From a bacterium (GTDB taxonomy: Bacteria; Zhuqueibacterota; Zhuqueibacteria; Residuimicrobiales; Krinioviventaceae): 64,000 bases of DNA. The notes beneath the pieces were generated by a model. It was not told the origin of the DNA. It saw nothing but the letters and a program-made list of their open reading frames with translations, and made no database searches. The stretch covers positions 3,520,001 to 3,584,000 of the forward strand of contig OY843751.1 of the NCBI GenBank assembly GCA_963693055.1, written 5' to 3'. The position numbers were made by a program, and so were the translations under genes. Below, one piece after another: positions 57,116 through 64,000 of the stretch. Every line of letters starts with the position of its first letter. The first letter of the stretch is position 1.

Positions 57116-57213
57116 TACGAATACCAGCCTTTCAAATTATATAAACTTGCCTGCCTGTATAACAAGCCAGGCAATGCATTTTATCTATATACCGCCACAA
57201 GCGGTGAATCTAA

Positions 57214-58038
57214 TTATAATGCGGACAACTGGCTATCCAGCTCCTGCATAGCAGTTTCATATTGTTCATCCGAAGGAACACCGTGGTGCCACTTTTTCAC
57301 ATTTTCCATAAAAGAAACACCTTTGCCTTTAGTGGTACGGGCAATAATCATAGTGGGTTTGCCGGTTTCCAAAGGCGCATTGTTCAATGTTGTTTCCAAC
57401 TCGTCAAAATTATGGCCATCAACCGTTTTTACAGCCCAACCAAATGCAGAAAATTTTTCTTCTAAAGGATCGGTCTCACATACTTCCTTGGTTGGGCCGG
57501 TGATCTGTAATCCGTTATAATCCAGAATGGCTACAAGATTGTCCAGCTTGTAATGCGATGCAGACAGCATGGCCTCCCAGTTTGAGCCTTCTGCTAACTC
57601 GCCATCTCCCAGCAGAGTAAATACCCGATAAGGAAGCTTGTCTTTTTTAGCAGCCAGGGCCATTCCCACACAGATTGGCAGCCCATGTCCCAATCCTCCG
57701 GTATTCTGCTCAATCCCTTTTACCTTACGGGTAGGATGCCCCACATAATTAGACTGGTACTTGCATAATGTTTCAAGATCAGTTACAGGGAAAAATCCCT
57801 TGTCTGCCAGCACAACATATAATGCTTCAACCGAATGCCCTTTGCTTTGGATATAGCGGTCACGGTTGGGATCAGAAAAGTTATCCGGCGTTACATTCAA
57901 AACGCGGTTATAAAGAACATTTAATATATCTATACAGGAAAGATCTCCGCCGGTATGACCGGCATTGGCGATCTTTATATATTTCAATATATTTTTTCGA
58001 TACTCGATCGATTTTTTCAACAATTCAGTTTTATTCAT
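57214..58038 (-). CDS. aptA: Transketolase N-terminal subunit (apulose-4-phosphate transketolase A-like)
   Basis: GHTGGDLS, QSKGH, GHP, TGGLGHG, GDGE.AEGSNWE TPP motif, KGKG..WHH. Confidence 0.8.
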   Translation of the reverse strand: MNKTELLKKSIEYRKNILKYIKIANAGHTGGDLSCIDILNVLYNRVLNVTPDNFSDPNRDRYIQSKGHSVEALYVVLADKGFFPVTDLETLCKYQSNYVGHPTRKVKGIEQNTGGLGHGLPICVGMALAAKKDKLPYRVFTLLGDGELAEGSNWEAMLSASHYKLDNLVAILDYNGLQITGPTKEVCETDPLEEKFSAFGWAVKTVDGHNFDELETTLNNAPLETGKPTMIIARTTKGKGVSFMENVKKWHHGVPSDEQYETAMQELDSQLSAL

Positions 58039-58059
58039 TTTTACTCAACTATTTCATTA

Positions 58060-59466
58060 TTATTGATGATTATAAACTTCCCATCCCAGGTATTTACTGA
58101 ACGCTTCGTTTAAAACACCTGCGGTATGAGACAAATTCATGGCAACATGGTGTTCAAATCCATTTTCACAGATATGTCTCAAAAGCCCCTCCAGATTGGG
58201 AATATTTGCAACAGCTCGGCTGCCAAAGGTATCTAACGGATCATTGGTAAAATCGCCATGGCCTACATACGCATTAATTAATCCTATTGAATCATCGGTT
58301 GACAAGCGGGCATACGTCAATGGACCTGCAGGTGTACGCCCTTCCAGTGCACCATAGGTATTTTCTTCACCTAAAGTAGAGCCCAAAATGGGTGCAGTAC
58401 TGATTGCTATATCCGGTATAAAGGATTTTGCCCAGTTACCGCAATGGAACATGACGAGTTTATCAGGCTCGCCACCGTAATTATTGTTCCAATCAGCGAG
58501 TGCGCTGGGGCGTCCCGATGCCAACTGTAATGCATACATGGATAATGCACCCATTACATCTACTTCACAAGCACTGGGGATGAGTCTTTCACTCATCATG
58601 CTCATGCTGGTACAAACATTTATACCGAAATTCATCTGTAATGAATCCCAACATTGGATTGCGGTTGCGTTTAAACCATTTTCCTCTACGAAACGGTTGA
58701 TCACTGCATCCAGTTTGGCCATGGACATTAATTTTTCTTCCGGTACTTTATCATAGTTAGCAAACGCTTTAATGGTTTCCAAACTCTTTTTCGCTGCAGG
58801 ATCGCTGTTACTCAGGCGATCAAAATCACCCCAAATCTGGGACAAGTCAACGGTTACCACATTTATTCCATATTCCTGCAACAGTTTCTCACTATAACGT
58901 ACTGTATTAAAAGCACCAGGACGTGCGCCAATGGCACCAATACGTGCATTCTTTAAACCGTTTACAACACGGCAAACCGATACAAAATCAACGAGATCTT
59001 TATGGAACGCTTCATCCTTCAGACTCATCACATGTTTGCTGGTCAAAGAGTATGGAATACCTGCCTGACGCAGATTATTACATACAGAGATTTTACCGCA
59101 TAATCCATCACGACGGAGTGCAGGGTTCATTTTATTCAAATCATCCGGGCTTGCCTGGATTAAAACAGGCACATTTAATCCGGAAAGCTTAATCGTATCC
59201 AAAACTCCACGTTCATCGCCAAAGTTGGGTAAAACAACCAAAACACCCTCTATTTCGTCACGATGTTTTTTAAACAGTTCAGCACAAACTTTGGCATCCT
59301 GATATGCTTCAACACCGCCAAGTTTTGTTACAGATTCATCCAGCATGATGGGAACAATGTCTAATTTTTTAAAAAGTGCAAAGATATCTGCACGTGCTTC
59401 TGATACCAGATGGTCTGGAAAAAAGGCACGGTTACCAACAATAACACCCAACGTTGTTTTGCTCAT
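58060..59466 (-). CDS. L-fucose/L-arabinose isomerase-family protein (candidate apiose isomerase)
   Basis: NFGDE, RRD..CGK, IQCW, ACEVD, DWNN, FHCGN, GFEHH. Confidence 0.8.
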   Translation of the reverse strand: MSKTTLGVIVGNRAFFPDHLVSEARADIFALFKKLDIVPIMLDESVTKLGGVEAYQDAKVCAELFKKHRDEIEGVLVVLPNFGDERGVLDTIKLSGLNVPVLIQASPDDLNKMNPALRRDGLCGKISVCNNLRQAGIPYSLTSKHVMSLKDEAFHKDLVDFVSVCRVVNGLKNARIGAIGARPGAFNTVRYSEKLLQEYGINVVTVDLSQIWGDFDRLSNSDPAAKKSLETIKAFANYDKVPEEKLMSMAKLDAVINRFVEENGLNATAIQCWDSLQMNFGINVCTSMSMMSERLIPSACEVDVMGALSMYALQLASGRPSALADWNNNYGGEPDKLVMFHCGNWAKSFIPDIAISTAPILGSTLGEENTYGALEGRTPAGPLTYARLSTDDSIGLINAYVGHGDFTNDPLDTFGSRAVANIPNLEGLLRHICENGFEHHVAMNLSHTAGVLNEAFSKYLGWEVYNHQ

Positions 59467-59480
59467 TATTTTCTCCTCAA

Positions 59481-60461
59481 CTATATATTATTCTTAATCT
59501 CTCTACTCATTTTGTCAATTATGACTGCCAACAGAATTACCAGCCCTTTAATGACCTGCTGCCAAAATGGTGAAACGTTTAATAAAACCAGTCCGTTATT
59601 CAAAACACCAATGATCAGCGCTCCCTGCACGGTTCCAATAATAGAACCGCGTCCACCGGACAATGACGTCCCGCCTATAACAACAGCGGCAATAGAGTCC
59701 AGCTCAAAGCCCATACCCGCGTTTGGCTGCGCTGAATCAAGCCTTGAGGTAACCAACAATCCGCCTACAGCCGACATGGTGCCGGCAAGGGTATACACAA
59801 TCATTTTAACACGATCTACATTTAGACCTGACAGGCCGGATGCTTTTTCATTGCTTCCAACCGCGTAAATATAACGTCCTAATCTCTTTTTACGGGTAAG
59901 GACCACCATCAGCACAACAATCAAAGCTGTAATCCACACCGGTACAGGGATGCCCAAAAACCATCCGGTTCCCATAAAAGCAAAAGAATTTCCCAAACCG
60001 GTAATGGGAAATCCACCAGTCCATAACATGGTCAATCCGCGGGCCATGGTTAACATGGCAAGGGTGGCTACAAAGGGTGGAACTCGGAAACGGGTAATAG
60101 CCAATCCATTGACCCAGCCCAGGGCTGAGCCGGTCACCAGACCGGCAATAACTGCTCCCAGAAATGTGAATCCGATAAACAGGTTTAAACCCGGAATTTC
60201 AATACCATTTTTCAGTAATCCGGCTGCTACCGCACCACTAATAGCCAGTATGGACCCTACAGAAAGATCAATGCCTCCCGTTAAAATAACCAGGGTCATT
60301 CCCATGGATAAACAGACATTGACCGATATTTGTCGCATCACATTCCAGGAATTATCAACGGTTAAAAACTTTTCCGTAAAAATGGATAAAAAAACAATCA
60401 TGATCAGCAATGCAATCAATGACTGGAACCGTAATAATGTATTTTTCAAATTCTTGTTCAT
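59481..60461 (-). CDS. Monosaccharide ABC transporter permease (RbsC-like)
   Basis: GIDLSVGS, PPFVATL, GR.IYAVG.NE.A.LSG, ELDSIAAVVIGGTSL.GG.G. Confidence 0.94.
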   Translation of the reverse strand: MNKNLKNTLLRFQSLIALLIMIVFLSIFTEKFLTVDNSWNVMRQISVNVCLSMGMTLVILTGGIDLSVGSILAISGAVAAGLLKNGIEIPGLNLFIGFTFLGAVIAGLVTGSALGWVNGLAITRFRVPPFVATLAMLTMARGLTMLWTGGFPITGLGNSFAFMGTGWFLGIPVPVWITALIVVLMVVLTRKKRLGRYIYAVGSNEKASGLSGLNVDRVKMIVYTLAGTMSAVGGLLVTSRLDSAQPNAGMGFELDSIAAVVIGGTSLSGGRGSIIGTVQGALIIGVLNNGLVLLNVSPFWQQVIKGLVILLAVIIDKMSREIKNNI

Positions 60462-62011
60462 GCAATTTCCTGTTTCTGTGTTTCAATACTCTTGGGGATT
60501 GCCGCACATAGTAAATTTTCTTCTGTCGCCTGAGATGGGGTAAATTCACCGTTTAATTGTCCCTCAGACATGACTAAAATCCGGTCCGAGATAGCAAGTA
60601 CTTCGGGCAATTCAGAAGAGACCATAATGATGCCCAATCCTTTTCCCGCCAACTCGCTGATAAGTTTATAAATTTCATTTTTTGCGCCAACATCTACCCC
60701 GCGTGTGGGCTCGTCCAGGAATAATATACGGGGATGCGTAGCCAGCCATTTAGCAATAACAACTTTTTGCTGATTCCCCCCGCTCAATTTTTCAACCGCC
60801 TGTGTTGTTCCGGGCGTTTTAATCTTTAATTGTTGTATATAATCTTGTGCAAGGTTCTGTTCAGCCTGACAGCTTAAAAATCCACATTTTTCAATCTGTT
60901 GTATATCGGCAAGGCTGATATTCTCTGCAACACTCATCTCTATAATTAATCCCGCGGATTTGCGGTCTTCATGCACATAGCCAATTCCGGCATCTATGGC
61001 CTGTTGCGGATTTTCAATAGAGATTTTACTGCCATCAATATAAATAGAGCCGGTGTGCGCATTGCCATACACACCGAAAATACAATCAAACAATTCGGTA
61101 CGTCCCGCACCCATCAAGCCGAAAATACCCAGCACCTCACCTTTTTTCACATGAAAGGATATATCTTTTAATAAATAATCATTCTCTCTGGCAGGATGTT
61201 TCAGACTCAGGTTTTCAATTTGAAGAACCTCAGCACCAATACTCACTATATCCTTTACGAAAAAATCATCCATATCTCTGCCAACCATGGACCGGATGAT
61301 ATCTTCCTGAGTAAATTCTGAAGAGGGTCCGGAGGTTATATATTGTCCATCTCGAAAGATGGTTATTGCATCAGCAATTTTATCTAGTTCGTCCAGCTTG
61401 TGAGTAATATAAACAATAGCAACACCATCAGCTTTTAGGGATTTAATGAGACCAAACAAAATATCCACTTCATGTTCACTGATTGCCGAAGTTGGCTCAT
61501 CCATGATAATAATTCTGGCATTCAAAGAAAGTGACTTGGCAATTTCAACAATCTGCTGCTGACCTACACGCAGATTTTCGACAGCAGAGTGGGAATGAAT
61601 ATCTGAATTGAGTTTTTGCAACAGCGCCCGCGTATCATCAGCCATCTTTCGATAATCGATAAAACCCAGTCGGGTTAAAGGTTCGCGTCCCAGAAAAATG
61701 TTTTCAGCAACCGTCAGGTGAGGTATCAGATTCAATTCCTGATGGATGATGGCTATACCCAGATCCTGAGCATGCCGGGGGCCGGTAAAACGGACTGGCT
61801 CGCCATCTAGCAGCAGCGTACCCTCGTATTCCGTATATACACCGGACAAAATTTTCATCAAAGTGGATTTACCCGCTCCGTTCTCTCCCAGAATGGCATT
61901 AACCTGTCCCGCGTAAATATCCAGATCAACATTCTGCAATGCCAGAACACCGGGAAATCGTTTACTCACTGACCGTGCAGCGAGTACGGATTTTAATACT
62001 GCATTACTCAT
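60458..62011 (-). CDS. Monosaccharide ABC transporter ATP-binding protein (RbsA-like, fused double domain)
   Basis: GENGAGKSTL, MDEPT, GLMGAGRTE, LSGGNQQK, DEPTRGVDVGAK. Confidence 0.95.
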   Translation of the reverse strand: MSNAVLKSVLAARSVSKRFPGVLALQNVDLDIYAGQVNAILGENGAGKSTLMKILSGVYTEYEGTLLLDGEPVRFTGPRHAQDLGIAIIHQELNLIPHLTVAENIFLGREPLTRLGFIDYRKMADDTRALLQKLNSDIHSHSAVENLRVGQQQIVEIAKSLSLNARIIIMDEPTSAISEHEVDILFGLIKSLKADGVAIVYITHKLDELDKIADAITIFRDGQYITSGPSSEFTQEDIIRSMVGRDMDDFFVKDIVSIGAEVLQIENLSLKHPARENDYLLKDISFHVKKGEVLGIFGLMGAGRTELFDCIFGVYGNAHTGSIYIDGSKISIENPQQAIDAGIGYVHEDRKSAGLIIEMSVAENISLADIQQIEKCGFLSCQAEQNLAQDYIQQLKIKTPGTTQAVEKLSGGNQQKVVIAKWLATHPRILFLDEPTRGVDVGAKNEIYKLISELAGKGLGIIMVSSELPEVLAISDRILVMSEGQLNGEFTPSQATEENLLCAAIPKSIETQKQEIA

Positions 62012-62639
62012 GAGAACCTGAAATAATTTTTATCGGGATAATACCCAGGGGATCAATTTCGGGATCATCCTGACTCACTTCGGCAGCACCGATAAATGAA
62101 ACGGAGTGTCCCGTTTGCAACTGGCTTTTTGCAGGATTTACCACCAACTCTCTCACCCGTTTATTGATCTCTGAAGAAATGGCATTAAACTCCATGCTGT
62201 TGGGGAAATCACTCACATCCACCAATCCGGAAGCATCCCGGACAGCGTTGCCAAACAGATCCAGAGCAATCAGCAAGACATCCGGGTTTCCGTCTTTTGT
62301 TGTATCCAAATAAAATCCACTCGGTTCAATCTTGACCACAGTACCCTCACCTTTGATCAAATAAGCGTGTTTGGATGCAATACCCAGTGTTTTAGCATAT
62401 TTCGATACAGCTTTATCCATATCATTTTGAAATAATGGAAGCAGAACATTTGCATCCACAGCTTGGCCCAATACAGACGGAAGTTCTTTATCCCAAAAAT
62501 TCTGTACATATATTTGGGCATCAAAAACATCGGATTTAGCATTTTCTTTCATCTTGTCCAGTTTCTTGATATAAACAGACTGGGACAATATGACCAAACC
62601 CAACACCAGAAAGATAAAATATTTAATTTTTCTCTTCAT
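62004..62639 (-). CDS. DUF2291-family periplasmic/membrane-anchored protein
   Basis: N-terminal anchor; FW..L....AV, GEGTVV, GNAVRDA.G....DF.N..EFN.IS..IN, V.F.GA; located between the binding protein and the ATPase. Confidence 0.8.
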   Translation of the reverse strand: MKRKIKYFIFLVLGLVILSQSVYIKKLDKMKENAKSDVFDAQIYVQNFWDKELPSVLGQAVDANVLLPLFQNDMDKAVSKYAKTLGIASKHAYLIKGEGTVVKIEPSGFYLDTTKDGNPDVLLIALDLFGNAVRDASGLVDVSDFPNSMEFNAISSEINKRVRELVVNPAKSQLQTGHSVSFIGAAEVSQDDPEIDPLGIIPIKIISGSHE

Positions 62640-63585
62640 TTTTTCCATATGCAGTATATTTTTCAATATTTTCCTGATTCACCAGTTCAACAGCAATAGG
62701 CAACTTTTGCGGGAAATCGGTTTTGCCATTCAAATACTGGTCTGCCATTTCAGCAGCCGTACGGGCCATTACTTTGGGAAACTGCATGCCGGTTGCCATG
62801 ATTTTACCGTCACGGATAGAATCTACAACATCTTTGGCACCGTCAAACCCAAACACCATAACATTGTCCGCTTTACCGGCAGATGCCAGTGCCTGGTATG
62901 CACCCATAGCCATTGCATCGTTTCCACAAAATACCGCGTCAATATCGGGATTTGCCTGCAATATAGATTCCAATACTTCCATAGCCTTATTACGGTCAAA
63001 ATCCGCACTCTGTTGCGCAACCATTTTTATATCAGTGTAATTATCAACAACACTGTGGAAACCGCGTGAACGGTTCCAGGTATTATTGTCACCAACCAGG
63101 CCCAACAACTCTACATATTTACCTTTTCCGTCTAATTTCTTGACAAAATACTGTCCCAGGGCAACACAACCGGAATAATTATCAGAAAGAATTTGTGATA
63201 CAGCGTCGGTATTGGAATTGATCTCGCGGTCCATGCAGAATGTAGGTACCCCCGCTTCTTTGGCGCGCTTGACATTGGATATTGAACCCTCTGCATCAGT
63301 AGGATTAAACAAAATTGCCTGATAACCGGCGGCTATAATGTTTTCAAAATGGTCCGTTTCTTTTGCATTATCATTTTGAGAATCAAAAATGGTTACCTTG
63401 TAACCCAACTCACGAGCTCTCTCGCCAGCAGTTTCACCCAGTACAACAAACCAGGGATTGTTCAGTGTAGAGATAACAACTGCAATCTGTTTTTCTTTCT
63501 CCGCATTTTGACCGGCATCTTTGCTGCATGCGGTGAACAAGAAAACAGATATCACACTCAAAAGAATGATAATTTTTCTAGACAT
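62623..63585 (-). CDS. Sugar ABC transporter substrate-binding lipoprotein (RbsB-like; probable D-apiose-binding)
   Basis: FTAC lipobox; [34 protein letters not shown]. Confidence 0.88.
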   Translation of the reverse strand: MSRKIIILLSVISVFLFTACSKDAGQNAEKEKQIAVVISTLNNPWFVVLGETAGERARELGYKVTIFDSQNDNAKETDHFENIIAAGYQAILFNPTDAEGSISNVKRAKEAGVPTFCMDREINSNTDAVSQILSDNYSGCVALGQYFVKKLDGKGKYVELLGLVGDNNTWNRSRGFHSVVDNYTDIKMVAQQSADFDRNKAMEVLESILQANPDIDAVFCGNDAMAMGAYQALASAGKADNVMVFGFDGAKDVVDSIRDGKIMATGMQFPKVMARTAAEMADQYLNGKTDFPQKLPIAVELVNQENIEKYTAYGKNEEKN

Positions 63586-63601
63586 TTTTTACTCCTGTTA
63601 T

Positions 63602-64000
63602 TTAGGCAATAATAAACTCTATACCATGCCTTGCAAATTCCTGACGATCCTGGTCGGTAATACCATCATCAGTAATTAGATAATTGATAAGCGACAATGC
63701 ACCCAAGCTGGCAAGTGATTGAACTCCAAGTTTTGAGGAATCTGCAACCAGATAGACTGTATTGGCCGCTTCGATCATGGCTTTTTTCACCGGCAAATCA
63801 CTCAGACTGGGGTATGTTAATCCGGCACGAAGGGTAATGCCTGCTGTTGCTAAAAACAATTTATCCACATGTACATTTTGAAAAAATTCCGCTGCCTTTT
63901 GCCCGGTAAGCGACAATGTAGGCGCCTTAAATTCACCGGCAGTAAGCAAAACCGTTATACCAGGCTGGCCACCAATGATGAGTGGAATATTGACTGCATT
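63602..64000 (-). CDS. DeoR/GlpR-family regulator, C-terminal part (truncated by the window edge)
   Basis: LTAGE, VDKLFL...GI, K.AMI.AA..V.LVADSSK, LITD; reading frame remains open to position 64000. Confidence 0.85.
   Translation of the reverse strand, partial: NAVNIPLIIGGQPGITVLLTAGEFKAPTLSLTGQKAAEFFQNVHVDKLFLATAGITLRAGLTYPSLSDLPVKKAMIEAANTVYLVADSSKLGVQSLASLGALSLINYLITDDGITDQDRQEFARHGIEFIIA

Overview
A mostly minus-strand chromosomal segment from an AT-rich, Gram-negative bacterium that is probably anaerobic or facultative. An FCB-superphylum origin (KSB1/Calditrichota-like) is inferred from secreted proteins with C-terminal YPNPFN/FlgD-Ig sorting modules, a TonB-dependent receptor and an HEXXH-type DPP III. 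Left to right: part of an oligopeptide ABC operon; a DAACS transporter with an M50 protease; a membrane spermidine-synthase-like protein; an AT-rich accessory island (a repeated palindrome pair flanking a 62-aa ORF, then an OLD nuclease + UvrD helicase, Gabija-type); thrA-thrC behind a structured leader; the yceD-rpmF-plsX-fab-acpP-rnc operon with an inserted CsgG/TPR lipoprotein and a trailing acyl-CoA dehydrogenase; an arginine synthetase-like (ArcE)-carbamate kinase-2-oxoacid:ferredoxin oxidoreductase-ndk operon; dusB; two secreted sorting-domain proteins; thiI; a TetR/ETF/EMO module divergent from fadL with visible operators; a TonB receptor/peptidase cluster; an RlmL-like methylase; and a D-apiose-type uptake/transketolase locus extended by DUF1593 and a pectate lyase. 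No rRNA, tRNA, CRISPR array or transposase was recognised. All family assignments come from motif recognition by eye, not database searches. Several start codons were adjusted from the ORF track using RBS position.
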